In this document: piece after piece, positions 26,124 to 41,066 of the stretch
Position numbering within the stretch: position 1 is the first letter of the stretch
Layout of the letters: every line of letters starts with the position of its first letter
Origin: Octopus vulgaris
Lineage: Eukaryota
Direction of reading: 5' to 3'
Length of the DNA stretch: 64,000 nucleotides
Assembly (NCBI GenBank): GCA_951406725.2
Contig: OX597843.1
Coordinates: 434,001 to 498,000 of the forward strand
The notes under the pieces: generated by a model
What the model was told of the DNA's origin: nothing
Database searches by the model: none
The model's input: only the letters and a program-made list of their open reading frames with translations
Position numbers and translations under genes: made by a program

Positions 26124-26147
26124 GTTGCTATGGAAACCAATGATTGG
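26124..26147. promoter_or_regulatory. RFX X-box with adjacent palindromic CCAAT/ATTGG
   Basis: GTTGCTATGGAAAC (26124-26137) fits GTHNYY-AT-RRNAAC; CCAATGATTGG overlaps its 3' end. Confidence 0.45.
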
Positions 26148-26292
26148 CTGCTTCAATTCTCTGGGGAAATTATAGTGGATTTGAAACCTGAACGGCTGTC
26201 ATCGCATGCTGCACACAGGTAGTGGTCGGACAATAGATTCTTACATACTTGGACAGGTGATTAATGGCCCTACACCCTCAGACAATTAAGTT

Positions 26293-26327
<35 letters not shown>

Positions 26328-26745
26328 GAGAGAGAGAGAGAGAGAAAGAATGTGTGTGTGTGTGTGTGTATTGGAAAGACAAGGAAAGAAATAGAGAGAG
26401 AGAGAGAGAGAGGGGGGGGGAAGAGGAGTTGAGAAGGAAAGGAAGAGTGAGAGAAAGTGTATATTTGTGTGTGTGTGTACTTGGCTGCAATCAAATGAGT
26501 GAATCAAATAAAAACTACACACACACACAAACAAACACACACACACTGTATTTGTGATTTAAGGCTACCAGTGGTGTCATGTTAAAAATATCTTAACAAT
26601 TTCTCCATGTGATCTGCTTGAAATATTAAAGATATTTTTTAAGCATGAAACTATAGGTAACCTTAAAACACAAATAAAAAATCTTTATCCACCTATGAGG
26701 TGTTGAGAATTCATTCTCATTGTTCAGCATTTATTATATATATAT

Positions 26746-27051
26746 ATCACGTGATCACCGTGACTGACCAGACCATCAGATGTTGTTACACATCGCTGGT
26801 CACAATGCACTTCGCATTGTTTTAGCCTTCGAATGACGCCGCCCTGCTGGCTAAGCGAGCAGGCCAACAGAAGAAAGAGTGGGAGAAAGAGTGGTGAAAG
26901 AGTACAGCAGGGATCACCACCCCCTGCCAGAGCCTCGTGGAGCTTTAGGTGTTTTCGCTCAATAAACACTCACAACGCCCGGTCTGGGAATCGAAACCAC
27001 GATCCTACGACCGCGAGTCGACTGCCCTAACCACTGGGCCATTGCACCTCC
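26746..27051 (-). mobile_element. tRNA-derived SINE family D, full length
   Basis: Head GGAGGTGCAATGGCCCAGTGGTTAGGGC..GGTTTCGATTCCC; homologous to 8708-8999. Confidence 0.85.
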
Positions 27052-27298
27052 ACATATATATATATGAAGCATGACTGTCACCACTACTACATGAAACTGA
27101 AGATTGCAGAATTCAATGCATGAAAGTACTAGTTCAATCAGAATGAACATTTAACATTCTACTATTTCATTTTATTTTATTCAATTATAATATATTATCT
27201 TATAATATATCATTATAAGATTGTAAATAAAACGTGAAAATCAGACAAGGTTGGAATTCCTTTTATTAATATATATATATATATATATATGTATATAC

Positions 27299-27329
<31 letters not shown>

Positions 27330-27704
27330 TATATATATACACACAGTATTTTTTGTCCCAAACACCAACTTAATAACGACAAAATTATTTTACAAAATTT
27401 TTCACTATTTTTAAAAGCAATTAAAACAAAATCAGTAATATCCTCGTCATATGACTTAATTTCCAGATCTTTCCATCATGTCTGTTCCGACCCTTTTGAT
27501 ATCAACCTACCTCGGCCTTTCCCTTGGTTCTACAACACAAACTTCTTGTTTTAAAGTGATCTAAATTAAAATTTCCCATATTTTCATGTTAATTTAGGTT
27601 CTGAAAACCAGCTTAATAACGACAAAATTATTTCACTAAATTCCCAATTCAGTTGAAATGAAGGCAGTATATTTCAGGAGAAACATCCTAATCATATGAT
27701 TTAG

Positions 27705-27914
27705 TTTACTCTTTACTTGTCTCAGTCATTTGACAGCGGCCATGCTGGAGCACCGCCTTTAGTCGAGCAAATCGACCCCGGGACTTATTCTTCGTAAGCC
27801 CAGTACTTATTCTATCGGCCTCTTTTGTCGAACCGCTAAGTGACGGGGACGTAAATACACGAGCATCGGTTGTCAAGCAATGCTAGGGGGACAAACACAG
27901 ACACACAAACATAT

Positions 27915-27945
<31 letters not shown>

Positions 27946-28112
27946 CGTATATACGACGAGCTTCTTTCAGTTTCCGTCTACCAAATCCACTCACAAGGCT
28001 TTGGTCGGCCCGAGGCTATAGCAGAAGACACTTAACCAAGGTGCCACACAGTGGGACTGAACCCGGAACCATGTGGTTGGTAGGCAAGCTATTTACCACA
28101 CAGCCACACTCT

Positions 28113-28150
<38 letters not shown>

Positions 28151-28315
28151 TATATACATACGACGGGCTTCTTTCAGTTTCCGTCTACCAAATCCACTCA
28201 CAAGGCTCTGGTCGGCCCGAAGCTATAGCAGAAGACACTTGCCCAAGATGCCACGCAGTGGGACTGAACCCGGAACCATGTGGTTGGTAAGTGAGCTACT
28301 TACCACACAGCCACT
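27705..28315 (-). mobile_element. SINE family A with duplicated 5' half
   Basis: Full copy 27705-28112 plus a second head segment at 28140-28315. Confidence 0.88.
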
Positions 28316-28818
28316 TTCTAGATTTTCCCATCATGTCTGTGCTAAAGCTTTTGATTCCAAGCCAAATTTAATTTCACATTTTAACTGTTTAGCATTCAGA
28401 TTACTGCATCAAGTATAATGCTTATTTATTCTCATTGTTTTGAATTAATCATGCATTATATTTCATAGCTTTGAGATTTCAATATGATTATATATTTTTT
28501 GAGGTGTAGGGTAGGTTTGAGGGAGGGCCAATTTGAACATGAAACGGGTAGAATACTTGGGCCGGAAACAGCTGGTTTGAATGCTAAAGCTTTAAAGTGA
28601 TCGAAATTAAAACCTTTCATCAAAATTTCATGTCAATAATGACAAAATTTATTTTACTTAATTCTTCATTATTTACAAAATAAAGTGAAACAAAAGCAGT
28701 CTATTTCAACGGAAATATGCTAGCAAAAGAGTTAAAGTAATTAAAACTTTCTATCAAAATTTCATGTTAGTTTATGCACTGAAAACCAGCTTCATAACGA
28801 CAAAGGTATTTTACTAAA

Positions 28819-29653
28819 TCTATATATATAAAGCTGAAGTTGTCTGTGTGCGGCAGGTTTTGTAGCCTTCAACTAACACTATCTCCTCATTGACCCTGTG
28901 GCGCAGGTTAACCAAAATTGAGAGTATGATAGAAGAAGGCTTGCTCTTCATTCCGTAGAAGAAAAAAATTCAAATCGAACCGTGTTAAGACCAAAAATTA
29001 TTTACATCAAAAAGGTGCTTTTTTTCTATGAAAATCCCTATTTTCTACGATTTATAAAGCTGAAGTTGTCTGTGTGTGGCAGATTTGGTAGCCTTCAACT
29101 AACACTATCTCTTCCGAGACCCTGCTGTGCAAGTCGACCAAAATTGAGAGCATGATAGAAGAAGGCTTGCTCTTCATTCCGTAGAAGAAAAAATTCAAAT
29201 CGAACCGTGTTAAGACCAAAAATTATTTACATCAAAAAGGTGCTTTTTTTCTATGAAAATCCCTATTTTTTATGATTTATAAAGCTGAAGTTGTCTGTGT
29301 GTGTGGCAGGTTTGGTATCCTTCAACTAACACTATCTCCTCAGAGACCCTGCAGCACAAGTTGACCAAAATTGAGAGTATGATAGAAGAAGGCTTGCTCT
29401 TCATTCTGTAGAAGAAAAAATTCAAATCGGACCATGTTAAGACCAAAAATTATTTACATCAAAAAGGCACTTTTTCTTTATGAAAATCCCTATTTTTTAC
29501 GACTGCTGTGTCGCCATTTTTCGGAATATTTCAACCAGAGAAATGTTCACTGAAAGAGAATAACAAGCTACATAATGCAAAATTTTTGCTTTTCAAAAAT
29601 TCCAATTCTAAAGGGTCGAAACAAACCCAAGCAATGCCGGGCTATACTGCTGG
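28819..29653 (+). mobile_element. Non-autonomous Helitron, copy 1
   Basis: 5' A|TCTATATATATAAAG; three internal ~225-bp repeats; 3' hairpin CCCAAGCAATGCCGGG then CTGG. Confidence 0.8.
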
Positions 29654-30449
29654 TATATATATAAAGCTGAGGTTGTCTGTGTGTGTGGCAGGTTTGGTAG
29701 CCTTAAACTAACACTATCTCCTCCAAGACCCTGCTGCGCAAGTCGACCAAAATTGAAAGTTTGATAGAAGAAGGCTTGCTCTTCATTCCATAGAAGAAAA
29801 AATTCAAATTGGATCATGTTAAGACCAAAAATTATTTACATCAGAAAGGTGCTTTTTTTTTTCTATGAAAATCCCTATTTTTTACGATTTATAAAGCTGA
29901 AGTTGTATGTGTGTGTGACAGGTTTGGTAGCCTTCAACTAACACTATCTCCTCCGAGACCCTGTGGCGCAAGTAGACCAAATTTGAGAGCGTGATAGAAA
30001 AAGGCTTGCTCTTCATTCCATAGAAGAAAAAATTCAAATCGGACCATGTTAAGACCAAAAATTATTAACGTCAAAAAGGCACTTTTTTTCTATGAAAATC
30101 CCTATTTTTTAATGATTTTTTACGACTGCTGTGTCGCCATTTTTCGGTGTATTTCAATCAGAAAAATGTTCACTTAAAGAGAATAACAAGCTACATAATG
30201 CAAAATTTTTGCTTTTCAAAAATTCCAATTCTAAAGGGTCGAAAAGAATTGTTTTGTGATGTCATTGGTTTTGAGCGAACAACGGATCAGCTGATCCAAT
30301 GCACATTCAGAGCCAACTCAAGCATTGCCACACTATACTTTTATTCAAAGATTGAAACTATGTCAAAACTTTATTAACGCGACATCAAAGTCTGCCGTTT
30401 TAAGCACAACTAAAAAACAAACCCGAGCAACGCCGGGCTACACTGCTAG
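29654..30449 (+). mobile_element. Non-autonomous Helitron, copy 2 (head-to-tail with copy 1)
   Basis: Starts TATATATATAAAGCTGAGG; two internal repeats; 3' hairpin CCCGAGCAACGCCGGG then CTAG|T. Confidence 0.85.
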
Positions 30450-31101
30450 TTCTTTATAATTTCCAAAATTCAAACAAAGGCTTGTGTGTTTCACCAGAAA
30501 TATTTTAGGCATGTGATTTGGCTTCTGGATCTTTCCATCATGACAGTGTTCTAACCCTTTTTGATACTAACCTACCTGAGACCATTCCTGGTTCTAAGAT
30601 ATAAATTTCCAGCTTTAAAGAGATTTAATTTAGAACTTGCCATCAAAATTTCAAGATAGTTTATGCTCCGAAAACTAGCTTCATAATGACAAAGATATTT
30701 TACTAAATTCTTTAGAATTTTCAAAATTAATTCAAACAAAGGCAGAGTATTTCAACACAAATATGGTAACAAAAGGGTTAAAGTGATATAAATAGACCTC
30801 CCTTCAAAATTTCATGCTAATAGCTTCAACTTAATAATGATAAAGTTCTTTCACAAGAATTTTTATTATTTTCAAAATTTATTCAAAAGCAGTGTATTTC
30901 AACATAAATGTATTCTTTTATTCTTTTACTTGTTTCAGTCGTTTGACTGTGGCCATGCTGGAGTGCCACCTTTAGTCGAGCAATTCAACCCCAGGACTTA
31001 TTCTTTGTAAGCCTGATACTTATTCCATCGGTCTTTTGGGAACGTAAACACATCAACATCAGTTGTCAAGCGATGGTGGGAGGATAAACATAGACACACA
31101 A

Positions 31102-31133
<32 letters not shown>

Positions 31134-31297
31134 GTGGAGGAGATAAACAGCTGACAACTGATGAAGGGTCGTTCTTTATGTTGCTTGCCTTGTTTTCCAT
31201 TTGTTTCTCTCGTTGTTCACAAAAAAAAGTTTGTCTTCATATTTCATGTTTTCGTATTTCATGTTGTTTACGTTTTGCGACATCCTGTACCCATATA

Positions 31298-31337
<40 letters not shown>

Positions 31338-31486
31338 CACATATATATGTCAGTATGTACATATATGTATGTATATATGCCTATATATATATACATTTTA
31401 TTTATTTATATATATATATATATACAGGCACATATATATGTCAGTATGTACATATATGTAAGTATATATGCCTATATATATATACA

Positions 31487-31674
<188 letters not shown>

Positions 31675-32551
31675 ACAGGCTTCTTTCAGTTTCCATCTAA
31701 CAAATCCAACCACATGGCTTTGGTCAGCCCGAGGCTCTAGTAGAAGACACTTGCCCAAGGTGCCACATAGTGGGACTGAACCCGGAACTATGTGGTTGGA
31801 AGCAAGCTTGTTACCACACAGCCACTCCTGTGCCTAAATATGGTAACAGAAGGATTAAAGTGATCTATGTTCATAGTACCAACTTAATAATGACAAAATT
31901 ACATGACTAAATTTTTAATTATTTTCAAAATTAATTAGGACAAAACCAGCGCATTTCAACAGAAACGCGGTAACTGAAGGGTTAAGCAAACAAACCAAGG
32001 AACCAGATGTTTACACAATAACCTCAAAGAGTACAAAGACCGCTAATATGTATTTAGCAATTTCAATCTGTAAGTGGAATAAGGCAAATATGCGAGTCTT
32101 TTAAGAAGTTTAGCATGCAAATGAGGCGAGTGGATAATGTTTAAATTCCAATAAAGCCTAAGCCATTAATAGAAACCATTTGAAGAATTTAAGAGAGTTC
32201 TTTGAAGAATTTAGAGAAAGAGGAAGAAGTGTATTTGTGGTGAAGTGTTTATACATTGAATATGATTGAATATATTATTGGTGCGTCTAATAAAAAGTCT
32301 ACACACACACACACACATATATATATACACACACACACACATGTACACAGATATATATATATATACACACATATAAATGTCTGTTCCAATACCTATGTAA
32401 GTGTACACACATTTATAAACACAATTAACTTTGTGCGTGGGTATATACAGATATATATATATATGTGTGTGTGTGTGTATGTACGTGTGGATATGTTTGT
32501 ATATGCATACATATGTATGTGATTACATATGCATACACATGTCTATATGTA

Positions 32552-32606
<55 letters not shown>

Positions 32607-33007
32607 CTGTATTTTTTTATGTTGCAGTATGTGTGGGTATGCACATACTCATACATATATATATATATGTATATACACGCACACACATACATAGACACTC
32701 ACACACAAACACACACATATATACATATATATATATATATACAAATACATATATACATACATATACACACATATATATATACACATACATAGATACTCAC
32801 ATACACAATCAAATACATATATATACACACACACACATATATATACATATATATAGACACATATAAATATATATATATATATAAATATATATGTATGTAT
32901 GTATACAGACATGTGTATACATACACAAACACATATACATACACACACACACATTCATCATATGTACACAAATATACATATGCAGATATAGGTACATAGA
33001 CATATGG

Positions 33008-33052
<45 letters not shown>

Positions 33053-33339
33053 CACACAGTATTTCTGTCTACATCCCAGTGGACTGCAGTGTTATATCTA
33101 AAAAGCTTCAGGACTTGAAAGAAAGGAACGTAACATGACATTTACCTACACACTGCCGTACACTGACACCAACAACACCAACAACAGCAACATTACAGTA
33201 GGAGAAAAATCAATTTGTCTCAGCATATTTGTCAGATGTGGCAGGGAGAGAAGGTAAACGGAGATTTTTTTTTTGTCTTGTTTTACATTTTATTGTAATT
33301 TTTTTTTTGGCTTTCAATTCATAAATAAAATATCTTTTC

Positions 33340-33344
33340 ACATA

Positions 33345-33383
<39 letters not shown>

Positions 33384-33870
33384 GTTACTATTATTATTAT
33401 TAGTGCGGTAATTGTTATTGTCTTCGCTGCTATTACTATTGTTGCTGTTGTTGTTGATAATTATCATTACTATTTATTATCATCATCATCATTATTATTA
33501 TTATTATTATTATCATTATTATTATTATTATCATTATTATTATTATTATCATTATTATTATTATTATCATTATTATTATTATCATTATTATTATTATTAT
33601 CATTATTATTATTATTATCATTATTATTATCATTATTATTATCATTATTATCATTATTATTATCATTATTATTATTATCATTATTATTATTATTATCATT
33701 ATTATTATTATCATTATTATTATTATTATCATTATTATTATCATTATCATTATTATTATTATCATTATTATTATTATTATCATTAATATTATTATTATTA
33801 TCATTATTATTATCATTATTATTATCATTATTATCATTATTATTATTATTATCATCATTATTACTATTAT
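33340..33870. repeat. (ATT)n/(ATC) trinucleotide array
   Basis: Direct reading. Confidence 0.95.
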
Positions 33871-34284
33871 TAAGGTGGCAAGCTGGCAGAATCGTTAGCA
33901 GACCAGACAAAAATGCTTAGTGGTACTTTGTTCATCTTTACGTTCTGAGTTCAAATTCCGTCGAGGTCGACTTTGCCTTTCATACTTTCGGGGTTGATGA
34001 GAGAAGCACCAGTGGAATACTGGGGGCCAATGTATTCAACTAGTTCCTTCCTGCCAAATTTCAGACCTTGTGCCTTTAGTAGAAAGGATTGTTGTTGTTG
34101 TTGTTATTATTATTATTATTATCATTATTATTATTATTATTAAGGCAGTGAGCTGGCTGAATCGTTAGCCTGCTGGACAGAATGCTTATAGGTATCTTTT
34201 GCCGAACCGCTAAGTTACGGGGATGTAAACACACCAATATTGGTTGTCAAGTGATGTTGGGGTGACAAACACACACACACAAAT

Positions 34285-34323
<39 letters not shown>

Positions 34324-35064
34324 CGACAGGCTTCTTTCAGTTTCCGTCTACCAAATCCACTCACAAGGCTTTGGTCGGCCCAAGGTTATAGTAGAAAACA
34401 CTGGCCCAAGGTGCCATGCAGTGGGATTGAACCTTGAACCATGTGGCTGGGAGGCAAGCTACTTACCACACAGCCACTCCTACTAAAGGAGTACCTAACT
34501 GGTACTTATTTTATCACTGACCCCATTGTTTAACTGGTACCTGTCTTATTGACCCCCAGTACACAACTGGTGCTAATTTTATTGCCTCTGAAAGGATGAG
34601 AGGTTAAGCTGACCTCAGCTGAATTTGAACTCAGACCATTAACATGATTGAAATGTTGCTAAGCATTTGGCCCTGCGCCATAGGATCCTGCTTGATCACC
34701 ATCCTAAAGAATGAAAAAATACCAGGTTCAAATTTTGGCACAAGGGCTGAAATTTTGGGGAGGGTCTAAATCGATTGCATTGACCCCAGTGGTCAACTTG
34801 TACCTATTTTATCATCCCCATAGAAAGGAAAGGTTAAGTTGACCTCAGCTGAGTTTGAACTCAGAACATGATTTGAAATGCTGGTAAGCATGTCGCCCGG
34901 CATGCTCGCGATTCTGCCAGCTCGTCACCTTGAAAAGAGTGAAGAAATATTGATGTAGAATTTAGAGAGAGGGTTGTAGAGAGAAATTTTACAGTTGCAT
35001 GTGTGTGTGTGTGTGTGTGTGTATTTGTTTTGCTTTGTCTGTTTCAGCTCAAAGCTGTGGCCAA

Positions 35065-35220
35065 CACAGAAGACAGAAATAGGTGGAGGAACAACAACAA
35101 CAAACGAGATGTATTAGTTTGACGTTCAAGGAAAATGGAAAAGTCTTTAACATTTCGAGCTTATGCTCTTCGGCGGAAAGGAATTAGGAAAGAAAACAGA
35201 GAGATAGAAAAAAGATGTGT
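35065..35220 (-). mobile_element. Family H element with variant hammerhead motif
   Basis: Minus strand 35145-35180: CTTT-CCGCCGA-A-GAGC-ATAA-GCTC-GAAA-TGTT-AAAG. Confidence 0.65.
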
Positions 35221-35426
35221 CTAGATTAACATTTTCACAGACACATATATAAATACACACACACAAACACATATATATACATATATACATGCATACACAC
35301 ATATTTATCTATACACACACACACACACATATATATACATATATACATGCATACACACATATTTATCTATACACACACACACACACACATATATACATAT
35401 ATACATGCATACACACATATTTATGT

Positions 35427-35457
<31 letters not shown>

Positions 35458-36098
35458 CATGTATAAATGGAGAACCTCTATAAATGGCTGATGATTGCTC
35501 AACATTTTAAAACTGTTGTCTTACTTACAACATTTAATAAAATGATGTAGCGTGAAACAATCGTACCAAATTACCAAATATATTCTTGTTGCTTATTTTG
35601 ATTATAATCACCCCATGGATTTATATGGATAACACCATACAAAATTCTGGTGCATCTAACTTAAGTGCCATATTCATTTGAATCTAAATTTTGCTGAACT
35701 TATATATATACATATATACACATGTATATACATATATACACATGCATATATATACATATATATCATTTATAATCTATCTTAGGCTTTCACATTCATTAGT
35801 CAGGAGCTTGGTCCAATTTCTAAGGTATTTACGTGATCTCCGACCCACTCGTGTCTGCTCCCCCCCCCAAATTGACAACCCAATTTGTCGAAGGGTTAAC
35901 TCAAATGTGCTGCACAAGATACTCATCCCCCCCCATCCTCTTAGCTCTTATCCCACCCGAAAAATACCCCAGTTTGCTTTAGGTTTAACCCTCATCTCCA
36001 GCTAGTACTTATTTTCAGGCAAAAGACTGGAGCAGCGTGACATGAAAAGCCTTGCTCAAGGACAAACTGCACTTTATGGTCTGAGAAATCAATAATAA

Positions 36099-36152
<54 letters not shown>

Positions 36153-36177
36153 TTCCTATTTTTTCTTTCAACACGTA

Positions 36178-36222
<45 letters not shown>

Positions 36223-36313
36223 TACATACCTCGATTGCAACACACACGCATTCCTCCTTTTCTTCAACACATACACACACGTACGCATTCCTCCTTTTTC
36301 TTTCAACACGTAG

Positions 36314-36367
<54 letters not shown>

Positions 36368-36807
36368 CATACATACGCACATACCTCGCTTGCAACACAC
36401 ACACTCACACACACATATAAATATCCACCTCTTTTCTCTCTCTCTCTCTCTCAAAACATACATACATATTTATTTATACACACACACACACACACACAGA
36501 GACAAACACGTGTGTGTGTGTGTGTGTGTATTGAAGGAGAGAAGAATAGACATATAAATTTGTGCATGTATATGTGTGTTTATTGAAGTGTGTGTGTGTA
36601 TATATTTATAAAGATACATACAGTGTGTGACTGATATTCAAATTATGAGGCGATGCAGTGTGTGTGTGTGTGTGTGTGTGTGCGTATCAGCATAAAGAGT
36701 GTCTATATAAATATATGTGTGCGTACCTAAACATGCAAAGCGTATGTGTGTGTGTGTGCGTATTCCTCTGCAATTATATATGCAAGGTGTGTGTTTATAT
36801 ATTTATG

Positions 36808-36849
<42 letters not shown>

Positions 36850-36937
36850 TTGTACATGTTTGCGTGTGGTTGTCTACATATGTATAAATATGTATGCGAG
36901 TAGGTATATAGAGTGTGTGTATCTGTGAAACTTTGTC

Positions 36938-36990
<53 letters not shown>

Positions 36991-37100
36991 TTGTTCCAGT
37001 CTGTGTGTGGTTCCCTATATATGTTTATATAAATAAGTCTGTGTATGTGCGTAGGTATATAGAGTGTGTGTATATGTAAAAATGTGCAAGTCTCTTTTTC

Positions 37101-37135
<35 letters not shown>

Positions 37136-37489
37136 TATTGTGTATGAATACATATGTGAGGAATGTGCTTATGTATATATGTGTGTGTGTGTGAGTATGT
37201 GTAAAGTGTGTGTGCATGTTGATATATGTGTGTGTGTGTGTGTGTTGATGTCAGGAGTCTGCATATGTCCATCATGAATAAAAGCCAGCTTATCAACCAA
37301 TATCGATTATATTGGGTACGGGGTGGGGTGGACGGGTGGTGTGTATTCACACACACACACACATATATATACATATACTCACACCTATACACACATGTAT
37401 ATACACACAGATGTACAGCTTGGGGCTGGGCGAAAGTGGGGTGCCTTGATTTTGATGTTAGTGATGGTGCATTGATGCTGCTGGTGGTA

Positions 37490-38792
37490 GTGGTGATGGT
37501 GGCGCTGATGGTGGGTGGTGGTGGTTGGTGTTGATGGTTGTGATGGTGGTGGTGGTGGTGGTGGTAGTGGTGGTTTGTGATGGTGGTTGGTGTTGGTGGT
37601 GATGGTGGTGGTGGTGATGGTGGTGGTGGTGATGGTGGTGGTGGTGATGGTGGTGATGGTGGTGGTGGTGATGGTAGTGGTTTGCGATGGTGGTGGTTTG
37701 TGATGGTCGTGGTGGTGATGGTGGTGGTGTTGATGGTAGTGGTGGTGGAGGTGATGGTCGTGGTGGTGATGGTGGTAGTGGGTGATGCTGCTGATGATAA
37801 TGATGGTGTTCATGGTACAGGCGATGGTATTGAAAGTAGTGGTGGTGATGGTGTTGATGGTAGTGGTGACAGTTTTTGGTGTTGCATTGATGGTGGTAGT
37901 GGTGGTAGTGGTGATAATACTGGCGATGGTAGTGATTGAGGTGGTAGTGGTGGTGGTGGCAGTGGTGGTGATAGCAGTAGTAGTGGTGATGGTGGTGGCG
38001 GTGGTGTAGACTACAGCAATAGAAGTGGCAAAGTTTACTCCCCCCACCCACCCAGGTCTATCTTGACTGTGTAGAACTGCAATTAAAGACGTTCCCTCCA
38101 TGACCGTCCCTGCCTTCGTTGTATATTTAGCGCTGCGTCACGGTGCGAGTGGAAACAAGGGGGTACCTGCTATATACAGGTATGCCATATGGAGTAAGAA
38201 AACACAGGTGAGAGATGAATGGACGAACAGACAGATGGTGGTAGTGGTGGTGGGAGGGAGTGGGTTTTGGGAGGGTGATGGTGTGAGGTGTTGTTGGGGT
38301 GGTGGTGCAGAATGGGGTGGTGTTGTCTTTACAGTAGGAGTTGAAGATGTCACACTGGGAAATAAAGACAAAAAACACACACATATATACACACACACAT
38401 ACACATATATATAAACATACACACACATACACATATATAAACATACACACACATACACATATATATAAACATACACACACACACATATATATAAACATAC
38501 ACACACATACACATATATATATAAACATACACACACATACACATATATTTATACACATGCACACACAGGGTGACAGGTACAGATACACATACACACACAC
38601 CATATATATATTATATATATCCAACCATGTACATGCAGCTGTATGCACACGCATACTTATATACACCTACTCACACACACCTACAGACATCCAAGATATA
38701 TATACACACACACACACACCACCTAAGACCTACTCAAATACACCCACGGACATACAGATATAGAGATACACACACACCTACACACATACACC

Positions 38793-38835
<43 letters not shown>

Positions 38836-41025
38836 CCACACAGGTTTTTCGATGTGCAAAATACACACACATATATACATACATGCTGCTAGATACATAC
38901 AGATATACAGATACATACACACCTACACAGGTATAACACACATACACACACATATATATATACACCCATACATACATGCAGCCAGGTACATACCTATATA
39001 CATACACACACCCACACAAATATACACGCACGGAAATACGTAAACGTTACCCAGGCGACCTCTCTCTCTCTCTCCCACACGCACACACACACATGCACTC
39101 ATATACATGTGCATATGCACACACGTGCACAACAGCGAGCATGCCTAGGTGTATGCGTGCATCTACTGCAGTGATGTTGGCATTGGTGATGACGACAATG
39201 ATGATGGTGATAGCAGCTGTGGTGGTGGTGGTGGTGGTGATAGTGGTAGTGGTGGTGGTGGTGGTGGTGATGGTGGCGATGTTAATGGTGGTGGTGGTGG
39301 TGGTGGTGATGTTAATGGTAGTGGTGGTGGTGGTAGTGGTAGTGGTGGTGGTGGTGATGGTGGCGATGTTAATGGTGGTGGTGGTGGTGGTAGTGGTGGT
39401 GATGGTGGCGATGTTAATGGTGGTGGTGGTGAGGTTAATGATGGTGGTGGTGGTGAGGTTAATGATGGTGGTGGTGGTGGTGTGGTTGATGTGATTGGTG
39501 GTGGTCATGATGATGATGATGATGGTGATGATGGTGATAGTGGTGGAGGTGGCATTGTTTTTAGTGGTGGTGGTGGTGGTGGTGGCGCCGCTGCTGGTAG
39601 TGTTGATTGCAATGGTGGTTGGAATGGTAGTGATGATGGTGGTCGTCATGCTGGTAGTGATGATGATGGTTGCAGTGATGGTTCTGGTAGTGGTGGTCAT
39701 GGTGGGGGTGGCTGTATTATTGATGGTGGTGATAGTGGCAGTTGTTTTGGCAGTGGTGGTGGTTGTGGTAGTGATGGGGTGGTGGTGTTGATGGTTGCAG
39801 TGGTGGCGATGATTGCAGTGGTGTTTTTTAGTGGTGGTGGCGATGCCAATCTTAGCGGTGGTGGCGATGGCCACAGTGAAGGGAAGGGTTAGATGAGAAA
39901 GGGAGAGAAAGTGGACACTGTTTTTCTGTAAATATGGTGCAAAGAGCCAAAAAAAGGGGGGACAAGGGGAGTTGTTTACGCATTGTGGGATGGGGGTGGG
40001 GTTACAGGTATAATCACCATCATCATCATACAATCATCACCATCATCGTCAACATCATCGGCTGTGAACGAACTAATACAAATGGAAGCCTCTACATGGT
40101 CGGTCACTCAACACTGCTAGAAACAGCAGCCAAAATCCCCTTCACACCACACCACACCACACAACACCACCCTATTATACCCTGGCTACCTGTCCAGTGG
40201 ATAACATAGCCTCTGGGTGGTGCTGGTGGGGACTGGAGCATTCCACTAGAAGACCAGATGACATGGTGATCACAGCTGGACTGCCCTAGTGATCATCAAA
40301 GATGCTGACTGACCGAGGGTTAAACAGCCTCGCTATCATCACACTATCATTATCATCATCATCATCAACAGCATCAGAAGACAAGATGGCATTGTGGTCA
40401 CAGCTGGACTACTCTAGCGATCATTACAGAGGTTAACTAGCCTAGGGTTAAAGAGGTTCTCTATCATCACCAGTATTGTAATTGAGCTGAATGAAAGAGC
40501 CTCTATGTGGTCTCTCAACATGCTAGAAATAACTACCATGTCCTTCTCAAACGACAACATTACAGTCTTAGATAAAAAGCAAGAAAGTGGACACATACGG
40601 TAATGTAGCCCGAGGCAGACCATGCCTAAACACACTATGGATAAATGACGGGAAGGTCACAGCTGGAACGTCTTTAATCACAGCCTGCAGAGTCCTGCAG
40701 TGTCTGGCCTAGCCCAGGGCTAAACAGCAACAACAATAACAATAGCAACATCAGCAACAGTAGCGCTGGCCTTGTTCCAAAATTTGAAACCATCATCATC
40801 ATCATTATTATTATTATTATCATTATTATTATCAATTATTATTATTATTATCATTATTATTAATTATTATTATTAATATTACTATTATTATTATTAATTA
40901 TTATTATTATCGATTATTATTATTATCATTATTATTATTATTATCAATTATTATTATCAATTATTATTATTATCAATTATTATTATTATTATCAATTATT
41001 ATTATTATCATTATTATTATTATCA

Positions 41026-41066
<41 letters not shown>

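Noticed and set aside
31145-31200. CTGATGAAGGG half-motif in a TA-embedded element
   Set aside because: No downstream stem II closure with GAAA or cleavage site, so it is not callable as a ribozyme.
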